A stretch of 61,047 nt of DNA, the filler included, from Dugesia japonica (taxonomy: Eukaryota): assembly GCA_001938525.1 (NCBI GenBank). It is 5 parts of 5 records of this genome, joined end to end, with 100 filler letters (N's around TTAATTAATTAA, not from the genome) between each part and the next. Parts side by side here need not be neighbours in the genome. Positions count along the whole stretch, not along the records: positions 31,977 to 40,286 come from MQRL01605661.1; positions 40,387 to 61,047 come from MQRL01648422.1; 3 more parts are not named here. One strand, written 5' to 3'. The notes beneath the pieces were generated by a model. The model saw nothing but the letters and a program-made list of their open reading frames with translations. It made no database searches and was not told where the DNA came from. Positions 33,901 through 47,322 of the stretch are shown in pieces. Position 1 is the stretch's first letter. Every line of letters begins with the position of its first letter. The translations under genes and the position numbers were made by a program.

Positions 33901-36057
33901 AAGTTTTTTAATATTTTATTACACTGTATTACAGCATAATTTTGTTTCATATAATTAAGAAATAACTAAAAGCCAATATGAACATGATTAAAATGAAAAT
34001 AGTAAAATAATTTAACTACATTTATTATGAAATTAATTCTGATTTCCACCTCAATACAATTAATAATATTTTTAATGCGTACTTTTTTTTAACTTTAGAA
34101 TCAATCAAGCTTAAAGGAAAATGCAGCAAAAATTGTTATTTTTATGATCACTCTAGTGAATTATTTGGATTATGTAAGAGTATTTTTAATTTTTATTTTT
34201 AATTTTTAGGAAACTTATAAAATTTATAAAAATATAACTTTAAATATATTATGATTTTAAAAGATGAAAAATAATTTGAAAGTATTGATACTGTTGGAAT
34301 TTTAACTTGATTTATCATCAGTTTTAAAATGAATTTTTATTTGAAATGCTAATTTTACTTGGATTTTCGTGAAATACCTTAGATACATATTGAATTTTTA
34401 TATCAAAACTGTTTAAAAAGCTGTTCAGTCTTAAGATACTACAACAATTACCCAATTCATACTCATTACATGGTTGGGCAATGCGACCTAAATACGATGA
34501 TGTAATTGAAATAAATTAAAATTTTTGTGATTTTTTCAATTATTTCTCCATAAACCATAGTAACCTGGGTAATTCTGAAATGTTAATGAATATGGAGTTG
34601 ATCTCTGTTTTGGTGCCGGAAAGTAATGATACCTCATTGTGAAATCGAGTAAAATCTTGTTCTCAAATGAACTTACCACTGTGAAAGCAAGTGAGAAAGG
34701 CGATATGTAACGACAGCTATATAACGACTTCTATTAATGAAAAAGGAAATATGATTTTGGATACAATGGAAATGGTTACTCCGGACCCAAATTTGGCTAA
34801 TTTTGATTTATTTAAAATTTTTAAATCTTTCATCTTTTTTTATTTAGATTTTGATGATATCCATCATTGTTGGAAGAATATTTTTCAGTCAGTAGAGGAT
34901 AATAGGATTTGTAAATTTCATCTACGATTTTGGCATTATATTTGTCAATGTAGACCTCACTGCAGATGGATAACTTTGGCTGATAATGTTAATACTAATG
35001 TTCTTCGTATGCAGGAAGCTTGAAAAGTCAGGAAAATGCAGCAAAAATTGTGACTTTGTAAAATCATTTTATTAATGTCTTTTGATAGTAATTTTTTTAA
35101 AACTTTTATAGCCTTTTTAATTTATTCAAAATTTATTACTTTTGTCTCAAATAATATCCACCATTGTGTTTCTGATTTTTTAAAACATTATTTTGGCCAA
35201 ATTTTGATAATAATATTTATATTGATAAGTCTGAGTTTATCGGTAATAGTGATAACAATAATAAATTGCCTTTGACGAATAATGTTTATAATAAAAGTAA
35301 TGACTTTCTGTATTATTATTTGTAACAGTGATAATATCTCTGGATTGCATGCTATTTTGTATGATTGAAAATCAAATTTACCTTCAGGATTTTTTTTGTG
35401 GCTCTTCAATGTTTCAACAAATCTCTTTTTTTTAAAAGGTTTTCGTCAAAATCCTTTTTAAAAGTGTCTAAATCTAAAGGTTCTATTCCTACTAAATTCC
35501 TCCAAGGGTTTTAGATGTATCAATGGTAATCAACTCGATAATTCTTTAGGATTGGGTGAAAGAATCTTCCAAAATATGATTATTAACTAGCCTAAAAATA
35601 CTAAACCCGTGTCGATCAAAGAAAAATGATTTAATAACTTTATAGTTAAAACTATAAATAATGTCCATAAGATTCCTGATTTTATATCGGATATTTTCCA
35701 TAATTTCCAAAAGATTCTTATCCCAAAAACAATCCAAAACTAATCACCCGTTTTCTAAAAATTTTAAAAATTCCATAGTAATTTAAATTCAAAAATTAAT
35801 TCAAATTTTGAAATTAAAGATAATTTTAAAAGGCTTTCTATCAAACATTGTAATAATATGTGCAGGGATATTAATTTACTTTTTCCTCTGAAGTTAAGAA
35901 TGGCATTTATGGAAACAGTAATGGGGCTTTACAAATATTAATCTTATATAATGATATCATTAGTATAAATTGTAATTCTTATTACAATTTATACAAAAGT
36001 CTTTCATCATTTAATACGAAATTTAACGAGGGTAATTTACTTTTTACTTTTACCCTT

Positions 36058-38850
36058 TACTCCTTCAAGGATAAAAAGATCATCTTCTGTCCTTTTCGGT
36101 TAGCTGATAGGGACTGGACTATCTGTGTCTTTGACACTGAGAGAAAGATTTCTTATCTGCTTGCTCCTGATAACAAAGAGAGCTGCTGAGAAACTACACA
36201 CCTGTTTGTCGGCATTTTGTCACAAGAATGAGATTAACCTAGTTATTCATCTTTTTTGATCTTGCTCAGATCCATTCTCGGCTTTTAGATACTCCTATAA
36301 CTCTGAGAGGCATTGGAAACAACAGCATTATCGTCTGTAGTTTTATTCACTTTATTTCAAACTTCTATATCTTAAAAAATGAATATGGCGTTGATAAAAT
36401 AAAAATTTATTAATTTTTCTTAACCTCAATCTAAATTTAAATTTAATAATTTTGATAAAATAAATAAAAAATAAAGCCCTGCAAAATAAATATGTTAATA
36501 GGGATGTATCAGTTAAGTTATTGCTTACGCAAATCGAAAATAGTGACGATAACTCGTAGGTAGACCTGTTCTACAATTATGTTCATTCTGTCCACAATGT
36601 CAAACCTATTAGGTATTTTTACAAGCGTAAGCTTTCATTTGTTTTAAAATGTAAAATTGCGTGTGATGAAATTGAAATTTTATACATGAGTTTGAAATTT
36701 CATTGTTGAAATTTGTAATTTAAATTTTTTGAATTAATTAAAAGAATTTTAGATAAAAATTCGTAATTTAAAACTTTTTATACAAATTTATAATTGAAAG
36801 TTTCTGCAATCTAAATATAAAATTTAGTTAAAAATTTGGAAAATTATTTAAAAAATTTGAGTTGTTTTATATTTAAATAATTTTATATTTTATATAATTT
36901 AAATAATTTGATAATTTGTTTAAATAAATTATATATAACGTAAATTGCATAAGGCAATTTTGGGGAAAAATGTTCATGAAGCAAGAAGAATTTTATAAAA
37001 TAATTATTTGTGTTTTAATAAAGTTTTGACTTGAAATTCTTATTTTGATTGAAGAAAATGAAGCAAACAAATAAACCTAACAAAACCGAAGTCACATAAC
37101 TGTAAAATCTGCGAGGGAAACCAAAACCGATTTAAATGTGAGTGACTGCTTCTATTACTCTCGGAAAGCAGTTTTTGAAATGATCACCAGTGATGCCACT
37201 GTTTACTGACTTCCTTCTCAGTCTGAGTTTGAAGCATATATTGAGTCTAAGTATATAGCCGATCCTCAAACTAAATGGTATCTCTGCCCTCCAATAAAAT
37301 CTAGTTTAGAAACCTTTAATTTTGTATGTCCAGATGCCGCTATCATCAAATATATTCTTTTTGGTCTGTCTGTTTTAGCTCCTGGAATTAACAATATCCC
37401 TTATCAGAACCTAAAATATTCTGATCCAGATATTTTCCTTTTTCATAAGATAGTCAGTAAAGTCCTATCTAGCGGGATCACTCTTGATAGCTGGCAGATT
37501 TTTTAATTCTTATATCAGCTTATCTCGTCTTGGAGACCGATTGTGTTGCTGGATTGTCTTTTTAAGCTTTTTATGGCCTGTTTAGCTTCACAACTGTTAG
37601 ACTGAGTTCACAAATCGTAACTCTTACAAAATCTACAAAAGATTGCTAGAGAATCGAAGAGGTGCTCTGAACGCAAATTTTTGTTTGCTGTCTCCTTGAA
37701 GAACAGAGCCAATATGAAATATTCAACTGTCATATTAACTTCTTTGACATTGATGATGTTTTGGTAGCATCTCCAATGACAACATTCTTGATATTTTTCC
37801 CCGAATAATGATGTCAGATTACTCCACCTTCTATATTTCAATGGGTTTTTCACTAGTTAATTAATTAATAGGAGGATTCGTCACGGTTGGCTCTTGTCAA
37901 TGTTATTGTTCAATATTGATCCTGTTATTAGCGAAATATCTTAGCTCCCAGGTATGGGGATAAAATGTACAGGTGACCAAATATCTGTGCTAGCATATGC
38001 TGATGACCTTGCTATGGTAGCATCATCTAAGGCTGGTCTTCAAGACATGCTTGATGTCACAGTCAGAATGGCTGACTGGTTATCTATGGAGTCAGTTCTG
38101 ATAAATGTGCTTACCTCTCTTACTAAATATTTCAAACACCCTAAAATCTGCTCCATTGTTGAGGTACTTGATTGGTTTCACATTGGAACTATCCACTCTT
38201 ATTACAAGTGTTAGAAGTCCAAGGTTTAAATGGTGATGGCGTACTTCATGAATTACCTTGATATTGAGATAAGATTCCAGCGCACTAAGCTTAGATTCTG
38301 TTTCCAAATTGTTGACAGATTGTCGGAAGACAGTCATCTTATTTCATTTAAATAGAAGAGGTTTCTGACTAAGCCTTTTTATTCTCTTAGAAACTGGTCA
38401 CATACTAGGCAATGAAAGTATGACATTAAATCAGGTCCTCTATCAATGTGGATTGGAGCTTCACTCATTTCCAATAGATCTATCTATAATGGATTAATTT
38501 CAGTAGATAATTTGACATTTATTTATAGGGTGTGCACTTGCACACTTAACAAAATCAATGCTTGCAGAAAGTGTGTTTTCCACCACGAGACTCGGGCGCA
38601 TGTTTTTTCCATTGTGGTCTAATCTCGGTTTTCCACACTTAGTGACACAATGATGTCCTTGAGATTTACACTAATTTTGCCAAAACCAACACTAGTTTCA
38701 GAGTCATTGTTGATCAGATTTCCGAATTTGTGAACAGAAGTAATGGCGTTGAGCTTCAACTAATTAACAACACTAGGAGGATTACTTTGCTTGATATAAA
38801 GACACCGTATATCTCGCCAGCCAGCATCAAGGCTGGGAGGGACAGAAACC
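36058..38850 (+). mobile_element. Decayed non-LTR retrotransposon of the R2 group (NeSL/Utopia-like): Ulp1-like relic, RT, CCHC, RLE
   Basis: APGINNIPYQNLKYSDP, SWRPIVLL, ISVLAYADDLAMV, CRKC..ETRAHVFS, HNDVL, ITLLDIKTPY; upstream IIFCPFRLADRDWTICVFD; interrupted at ~36350-37060. Confidence 0.8.
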
Positions 38851-39002
38851 GCTTGTGTTTGTTTCAGAGTATCAAAACGTGTGGTGTTTTTTAATCGATC
38901 ATAATACAATATATAATTTTTGAAACTTTTCCTATTTATTAAAAAATATTATTTTAATATATTTGTAGTGAAAAATATGTATGTAGTATTTTAAATAATG
39001 TG

Positions 39003-39012
39003 ATGACGTCAT
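39003..39012. promoter_or_regulatory. CRE/ATF palindrome upstream of the ZDHHC gene
   Basis: ATGACGTCAT 160 bp upstream of the ATG in a CpG-poor context. Confidence 0.35.
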
Positions 39013-39172
39013 CTGAAGAAATTGCTTTATTCATCCTAAAACATTTAAAAATATTAATGTTTAGATTCTTATTTCAAAAATCTGTTTATTTATTTTTTGA
39101 AAAATCTTTAAAAATCTGATTTTGTTTATTTGATTCAATGAATTTATTGCTAATATCAACAATACTTAAATA

Positions 39173-40114
39173 ATGTCAAATTTAGAAAAAATTATGAATA
39201 ATAATAATTCTCTTAAAGAAAAACTTAAAGAGGTTCGAGAAGAATATAAAAATACAACATTTACTCCTCAAATGTTAAATATATTTGGTATTTGTTGTAC
39301 ATTATATTTTCTAACTTTTTGGTTTTTTATAAATTTTTATATTTTATTGGATTATTATTCTTGGTATTTTTTACAGAACCGATTATTCCTTATTTTATTC
39401 TTGTTACTAGAAATAATTGTCAATTATATGAAATGTGTTAAATCTCATAAAGATATTGCATTTTGTTCTCGATGTTTCTCCAATGGTATTTCGCAAGATC
39501 CACCACAAACTCCAAATCAATTTAATATTTACGAAATATGTGATAAATGGAAATTTTGTTTATCCTGCCAAGCTGATGTGCCACCTAGATCTCGTCACTG
39601 TAATGTTTGCCAAGTATGCATTCTAAAAGCCAACCATCATTGTTATCTTACTGGTAGATGTGTTGGATTTACCACGAAACGAAGATTCATTGTTCTGTGT
39701 TTCTATACAGTTATCAGTTGCTTTTATACAGCTTGGAATATTGGTTCTTATTTAGATAACTATTATATTTCACTGAGTTTCTCTTCTGTTAATATTTTAA
39801 ATTACGTTCTTCCTATCCCGATAATTACATTTCTTTTTTCTTCAAAAATAACATTGTTTTTTGTTTTTCTTTTAATTAATCTATATATTTCATTTGGTCT
39901 GGCCTTAATTGCCTTATTTCATTTCATTTTACATACAATATTAACTATAACCGGACAATCTTCTTATGAAGGATTCCATTTAATTCGACGATATCAAATG
40001 CATCAGAAATTCAATATCGAATCGGTTTTCGGTAAAAGTGTTATTTTACATTTTCTGTGGCCATTTGAAATGGAAATTCTCGGAAATGGATTTCATTGGC
40101 CTATTAAAAATTGA
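39173..40114 (+). CDS. DHHC-family palmitoyltransferase (ZDHHC22/24-like), intronless, NHHC variant
   Basis: CxxC..PPRSRHCNVCQVCILKANHHCYLTGRCVG cysteine-rich domain, multiple TM helices, TGQSSYE (TTxE-like), C-terminal GNGFHW. Confidence 0.92.
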   Translation: MSNLEKIMNNNNSLKEKLKEVREEYKNTTFTPQMLNIFGICCTLYFLTFWFFINFYILLDYYSWYFLQNRLFLILFLLLEIIVNYMKCVKSHKDIAFCSRCFSNGISQDPPQTPNQFNIYEICDKWKFCLSCQADVPPRSRHCNVCQVCILKANHHCYLTGRCVGFTTKRRFIVLCFYTVISCFYTAWNIGSYLDNYYISLSFSSVNILNYVLPIPIITFLFSSKITLFFVFLLINLYISFGLALIALFHFILHTILTITGQSSYEGFHLIRRYQMHQKFNIESVFGKSVILHFLWPFEMEILGNGFHWPIKN

Positions 40115-40286
40115 ATTAATTAATAGTTGAATGATACAATCAATATTGACATTTTCTTCAGAATTATTTACGTACAATATTTTAAAGATCTTTTTTTTTA
40201 GTTGAATTTATTGTCATTTAAGTTGTGCTTATTATTGCTTATTGCTGCTTATTTTTTCATATATTTACAGTGCACGGAAAATTTTT

Positions 40287-40386
40287 NNNNNNNNNNNNNN
40301 NNNNNNNNNNNNNNNNNNNNNNNNNNNNNNTTAATTAATTAANNNNNNNNNNNNNNNNNNNNNNNNNNNNNNNNNNNNNNNNNNNN
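40287..40386. other. Artificial contig linker
   Basis: 44 N + TTAATTAATTAA + 44 N. Confidence 0.95.
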
Positions 40387-43300
40387 GGGACTAATGATAT
40401 TTTTTATAGTATTTATAAAACTAAGACTTTATGATTTGTGCGAGCAATAAACTGTTTCCCATATAGATATTGTTTAAAATGTAAAACAAATTCGTATAAG
40501 TCTAACAATTCCTTTCTTGTTACACAGTATCCAAGCTCATGAATCAACAAATACCTAGATCCATATGCAATAACTGCTTTAGTGCCATCCTCTTTAATTT
40601 GACTCAGACTGCTTCAATGGCACCAAAACTAGCATCTGTATCAAGCACAAAAACTCGTTTCTTCCCAGGAAAGTCTAATATTTTATAATATTCTAAATCA
40701 ATCCTTTAGATTTTGAAAACTTTGTTGACACCGATGGATCCATTGTAAGACCTTATCATTGCCTGAAATAGCGGCATATAATGGTGCTGCAATTTCTGCA
40801 TATCCATGAATAAATCTTCGATAATAGTTTGTTAATTCCTAGAAAGAACAAAGGTAAGAAACAGGAGGTTCTTCAATTTTCTTTTTATTTGTTTATACTC
40901 TATTAGCATTCATTGTGTGTGCAGGAAAAATTAACTCTCGTTGATTAAATTTACATTTTTCCGGATTTACCTACTAATACGTTGAAAACCTCCCTCCAAT
41001 AGATTGGCGTATTTCTTTTCCCTAGAGATAATCCACAAGATAAACTATTATACCGTTGAATAGAAGGCTTTCTAATAGTTTATGCATTAATTTCTAAAAT
41101 TTTGCTGGTGCTATTGCTAATCAAAAAGACATACGATTGAAATAAAAATGACTATGTTTGGTACTAAAAATTATAACCAATCGTGACTTTTCTGACAGCT
41201 CTACTTGATTAAATGCTTGATCCGAATTTATTGTTGAAAAATATTTGGAATCAGCCAAACAGACAAATAACATCTGCATATCTGGCATAGGAAATGTAGA
41301 CTTCTCGGTGATTATATTTATCCGCCTGAAATCAACACACATTCGAATCAATCCATAGTTTTTTCCAACCACCACTAAAAGAGAATTTCATGGGCTTTTG
41401 CATTTCTAAACAAGGCTAGCGATAACGAGACGTGACAACAATTCATCAATTTTTGTCTCAAGATGCATGGGTTGTCTTCTTGAGTGTTGTAAAATAGGTG
41501 TATCTGTCACTTCGATATCATACTGAACTAACGTTATATGCTCAATGTAAAATGTTGATATCATAAAAATATTGTTAAAATTGAGCCAAAAATATATATA
41601 TGAAATTATGAAAAATGATGTTACATGATTTCTTCTATCAATGTCTGATATTTTCTTATTCAAATCAACAGACTCAATATAACAAAATGAGTACAATTTC
41701 ACTACAAATAATCCACACTGCCAATAAGATTTGGTAGTATTTTTTTTAAAACAATTACTTCTGCTCCGCAGGTTCTTCCATTTTAAGATATTTTTGCATT
41801 GAAAATTCCTAAAGACTTTTCTCCTCCCAATACAAACACACCGCTCATTATGATACTGCTTGAAAATAATTTAAAACCTCAGACTTTTCTCCATATTTCT
41901 TCATTAACTATTGTCACTAATGTTCCTGAATTCAAAAATTTTGTTTTACTTCTGCAAGTTCCATAAATAAATCTGTGATGAATGTTTTATGATAAAAGTT
42001 TCTGTAAACCGCTCTTTTGCTTTTTCTGTTGTCTTTTCTGATTTGAAATTTTCTACAAGGTTGCATCTTCTTTAGACAAGAGCAAATCAAAGACTACAGT
42101 TAACCATAACTCATTGTTAGTCATTCTTTTGTATCCTTTAACTAACGTTCGGCTTCGTCGGTATTTCTGCTAAATTTGAAAATTAATTAATTCTTGAGTT
42201 TTCAGTGGCAAGGCTTCGACGAACAGTTTTATCTGATTTCGAGTTATGACATTAATATGTTTGGTGTTGTCACTAGTAAGATCGTTTTTAATTTGTGATT
42301 CAGACATTAAATAACCACGCTAAAACCCAAAATCTATTTACTAAAACAAAACAGATTTATGTATTACAAAACTTACACTAAATATTTTTTTACGAAATAT
42401 TTTTTATACTTTTTCATACACTTATGAAATCCTATAAATCCGTATAAAACCCTACAAGACTTTCTAAAAACCTTAATAACATTCTATACAACCCTGTAAA
42501 ACCATGTAAATCTATTAATTAATTATATTACATTGTAGTATTGTTATATAAATGTAGATATTAAATAATAAGATATTTAACAAGTTACAATTATATTTCA
42601 TAAAATAGCAATATTAAAACAAATCAAATTCATTTTAATATTTTGAAAATTTAATTTTAAATATTCAATAATTTGAATTCAGATATATTTAAATATTATC
42701 TTAATTTAAATATATCACATTCCTCCCTTTGCTTTATCGACATTGAGGATTTGGAATCCTTGTCATTCTTTCTGGATAACGTCTTCTGATATCGCTCTCA
42801 ATTTGTTGGTCAGGTTGTACTCGTAAGGCTGTTTTCTGTTTACTTCTAACTGATATTTGTGTGCTCCATGACTTGTAGGAAAGCTCATCTCTTGGTATTC
42901 TTTTTGATTTGGTTGTAATTTCTTTGAATTAAAGTGTTTCTATTTTCATCATTAATTTTCTTTATTACTTTAAATGGTCCAATATATCGCCTTTTAAAAC
43001 CATCATGTGCATTGCTTTTTATCAGAAATTTATCATCAATTTTAATTTCATCTCTCAATCGATATTTGTCATATTTAGCTGCTGTAACTTCATTTATGTT
43101 TTTCAATATTTTTTCTTTCATGGTCATGAATATTCATAATATTTCTTTTTAATTGTTCTACATATTGATCAGAATTATTTGTGATGTTCGTTTTCCTCTT
43201 TCCAGCATTCCACATATCGATTCTAGATTTCCTCCCAAATACTATTTCATACGGAGTGTACTTAGTCGTTTTTTGTGTTGTTGTTCGTATTCCATATTCT

Positions 43301-43930
43301 ATTATCGGTAGCACCGTACTCCAATCTTGGATTCGTCTGCCTTATAGTAATACACTAATCATAGGTTTCGTGGTTCTAAATAATCTTTCTACTAATTTGT
43401 TTCCTTGACGATAATATGGAGATGAAAATGTTTTCACAATTCCCAATTGCTTGCAATATTTCTGAAATGCACCTAAAGTAAAATTACTATCACAATCCGA
43501 GTGAATTCGACTAGGTATTCCAAACTTGGATATCCAATGTATCCAAAGTGCTTCACATATATCTTCAGTTGTTATTCTTCGTAATGGAATTAAACATATA
43601 AACTTTGAAAAATAATCCACAACTCCAAGAATATATTCATAACCATATTGCGTTGGTTTAAATGGTTCTGAAATATCTATTGCAAAACCTTGAAATGGTT
43701 ATTTTTCGGATATATTCTTAACGGTGCTTTAATTATTCCGTTAATATATTTATTCGCATTACACTGTTTACATTTTGATAGTTGTTCTCTTATGTTTTTA
43801 TCCATTCACGGTCAATAATATTCATTTTTGATAACTGCTGTTGTTTTCTCTACTTCTGGATGACCCAATAACTTATGATATTTCCAAATGATATCTTCCC
43901 TTTTATGTCTAGGCACAATAAGAAAAAATA
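40387..43930 (-). mobile_element. Ty3/gypsy remnants arranged IN-PPT-LTR-(gag remnant)-PR-RT-RNase H
   Basis: IN (DYFSK, IHSDC, GPFKV) at 42735-43930; PPT AAAGGGAGGAA then TG at 42719; PR FLNSGTLVTIV near 41900-41945; RT RMCVDFRRIN; RNase H LDTDAS near 40640. Confidence 0.88.
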
Positions 43931-44149
43931 TCCGAAACAATGTCTCCATTACATGATCTCATCACAAGCTCAAGTAAAAACCAAGCTATTTATTGATTAC
44001 CAATTTATGAAATTTATGTCCTATTTTATTTTTCTCAAGAAACTTTGAAATTAAATTAAAATTAAAAGAAAATTAAATTGAACGAAGGTTTTTAACATTC
44101 AATGGAGAACTTCTGACGTTAGTTTTATCAATCAAGCATTTCAATATAT

Positions 44150-45520
44150 ACTTAATTGTCAATAAATTTATTGCCCGAACAAATCTTAAGTCATTACTTC
44201 ATATTATGCAGATGAAATGTCAATCTGCGAGATAGTAGAGATGGGCAGTATCTGAGTCAGTTTGATATGCAAACTCAGTATATTAAAGGTTCTGTCAATA
44301 TAGTAGCTGACTTTCTGTCTAGAAAAGGAACAGACAATGAAATATTAAACGAAATTGAACATATTTCACTTTCAGGCATAGTCAAACGCTAAAATGACGA
44401 TCAATCGCTCAAAGATATACAAAGTCACTCTCTGAAACTGAAAATATCTATGTGTTTTGATTGAAAATTTGAAGGCTAGCACGAGAATTGTTCTACCGGA
44501 GTTTTTTTGCTTTCATGAATTCGAAAGACTCCATAATCTATGTAATCAAGGATCAAATTCAACAATTATATTACTGACAAGTCGTTATGTTTGACCACGT
44601 ATGAAAATACAAATTCGTAAATGGTACAGATTTTGTCAGCTATATCTAGCCAATGAAATTACTAGGCACACAAAACCACCGTTAGGATCGATTCCAAATC
44701 TTGGTAGATTCAAAGGATTGCACAAAGTTGGTTGGTTCTTTACCAATCATTAAAAACAAAAAGTTTATATGGATTTAAACTTTTAAACTATTTAAACTAT
44801 GGACTTAAAAACAAAAAGTTTATACTAACAAGGATTGATCGTGATACTTCATGGGCAGAATTAGTGGCTCTGAATGACATTACATCCGAAGCCGTGCTAA
44901 AAGCCTTAACTAAAGAATGGATATTACACTTCGGAGTACCAGAAATAATAGTAAGAGACAATGGTAGACAATTTATATGTGAAAATTTAACGATATCTGC
45001 CATTAATTTGGAATTGAATATAGCCATACAACATCATGCCACCCACAGTGCAATGGAAAAATAGAAAGATTCCACGAGTCTCTAAAAAAATACTCTATGG
45101 ACTCAAGGAACTAATGCTGGATGCAGTTGGTTAGAAAATCTTCCTTTCACAATGTTAGGAATTCATATCGTGTCTGGGGAAGATTTAGAGTTATCACCAT
45201 GCCAAACAGTTTTTGGTACTAATATCCGTTTACCAAGTGATATTGTTCTACCATCATGCTCTGACGGACAAACAATGATTCCAACAGAATTTCGAAGCAG
45301 AGTCACTAAAACATTCACGCGACTAGGAATTGATAAATTCAAATTTGTATGGATCAAACGCGAATTAAGAAGACCACTACAGCTAGTTTATGAAGATCCA
45401 TATCTGGTAACTTAGAGAAATGAAGATGACAAAGTTTTTGAAATTATGCAACGAGGACAAGCAGAGAGAATTCTCATAGACAAAATGCGCCCAACCTTCA
45501 TATTAAACGCATATCAATTG
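44150..45520 (+). mobile_element. Gypsy RNase H end plus integrase fragment from a different family
   Basis: YIKGSVNIVADFLSR, IDRDTSWAE, FGVPEIIVRDNGRQF, YEDPY. Confidence 0.85.
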
Positions 45521-45639
45521 TAAAACATTATCGTTAGCAGTGTCAAGAAGACTGCCTAATTGCTAGTTGTCGTTGCAACTCGTGGCTATCTTGATGCGAT
45601 TAGAAATAGAAAAATCAAATGGCATTTTTAAAGCATTTA

Positions 45640-46072
45640 ATTTTACAATTACAATTATTGCGAGAATAATTGTTGGACGTAACCATTGATCGTTTTTGAG
45701 ATTTTATTAAAATAAAGCTTCGATTAAATTTATTAATGTTTTTGATAATAATTCTAATTTTCGACTTTGTCTTCGTCAAAAATTGACTCTTTTTTGTATT
45801 TATTCAATACTTATTTTTACAATAGTAATTTATTTTTGAATTAATTTATTTTACTGAATTTTAATTTTAAAAAATCAATGTCATTCATAATCCATAAAAT
45901 CAATGTAATTTATAATAATTATAATTAAAATAAAATTAACCAAGTAAAATAAATTACTATTGTAAAAATAAATATTGAATAAATCAAAAAAATCAATTTC
46001 TGATGAAGTCAAAGTCGAAAATTAGAATTATTATCAAAAACAAAAATAAATTTGATCGAAGCTTTATTGTAA
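45640..46072. mobile_element. Foldback/MITE family copy
   Basis: Inverted arms AAAGCTTCGAT..TTTTCGACTTTG..TTTTTACAATAGTAATTTATTTT and their reverse complement. Confidence 0.8.
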
Positions 46073-46571
46073 TAGAGATTGTCAAAATAACAGAAAAACA
46101 TTCAATTTCAAAATCTTTTGCACATTTTTGTTCTACCAAAATTTTTGTCATTTAAAAATTATCTGTAACTAATTGTTTATTTAATATTGTTACTTTTTAC
46201 ATTGAATAAATATCAACAGATTTCACATTCATAATTCCTGAGACTTGAATTCCGATCAATAATTTACCAGTAATCAATAGAGTAAATTACGACAAAAATA
46301 AAAAAATCGGTTTATTCATAAAACTAACTTGAAACAGAAGANNNNNNNNNNNNNNNNNNNNNNNNNNNNNNNNNNNNNNNNNNNNNNNNNNNNNNNNNNC
46401 ACACATGAAGATATTTGCACGCATGTTAAAGTATTATAAAAATAAAATTTTGATTTGTGCTGGTGATATTGACAATATTGGGTAAAAAAATATGTCATTT
46501 GTAATGGATTTTTGATGAATCAATTTAACTAATAACCAGCACCAATAAATCTATTATATAATATGTAATAT

Positions 46572-47006
46572 TTACACATCGAATATAACATTTTTGTTAT
46601 TTCTAAGAATTTTTTGATTTGAATTATTTTCAAAAGAATTTGGCGTTGTTTGCACACACACATTGCTGTATTCTTTGACTGTTCCACATTTGTTACACAC
46701 AACCTCAATTGTATATTTATTGTTTTGTAGACCTTTTTGCTGACTGGCTACTTTATCTGGATGTAAAACTTCTGCTAGCACACTAGCACAAATATGATTC
46801 TGATATGGTCCACTACTTTTATCTGACAGATTATCTGAAAATATCATTGCAGTTGGTGGAAATGTGGTTATAGGAATATATGAATTCGATGAATTTTGAT
46901 TTTTCATTGGTGTGTTATTAGAATAATTATTCTTATAATCAAACGAATGACGTATATCAATATCTTTCTGTAATTGAATGACGCGATGTTTCAAATCAAT
47001 AGGTAT
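46572..47006 (-). CDS. BEGAIN/TJAP1(Pilt)-like protein, last exon
   Basis: IPIDLKHRV..ITTFPPTAMIFS..ASVLAEVL..CNKC..VQT; AG acceptor at 47007-47008; TAA at 46572. Confidence 0.8.
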   Translation of the reverse strand: MPIDLKHRVIQLQKDIDIRHSFDYKNNYSNNTPMKNQNSSNSYIPITTFPPTAMIFSDNLSDKSSGPYQNHICASVLAEVLHPDKVASQQKGLQNNKYTIEVVCNKCGTVKEYSNVCVQTTPNSFENNSNQKILRNNKNVIFDV

Positions 47007-47322
47007 CTAAATAATTTTCACCAATACAATTAGTGAATCAATAAATATTTAATTGTTAATTGTGATAAAATTCTCCTATAGTTAAGTATATATTAAAATA
47101 ATTATTATTACATGAACGAAACATTTGACATTGATTGAAACCAATGGCCTAAAAAACAAATTAGATTTAATCTGTTCTTNTGCATTACAAAATTGACAAA
47201 AGGTAGAAGTGCACAATTATCATGCTAGCAATTTTATGATTTTCAATTGAAAATTCATACTATTATCTCAGACCAGAACCTAATGATTGAAGGATAATAA
47301 TAATAATAATAATAATAATAAT

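Noticed and set aside
35188-35740. Decayed minus-strand ORF as a PolB exonuclease piece (IDTSKTLGG)
   Set aside because: Resemblance is too weak without a search.
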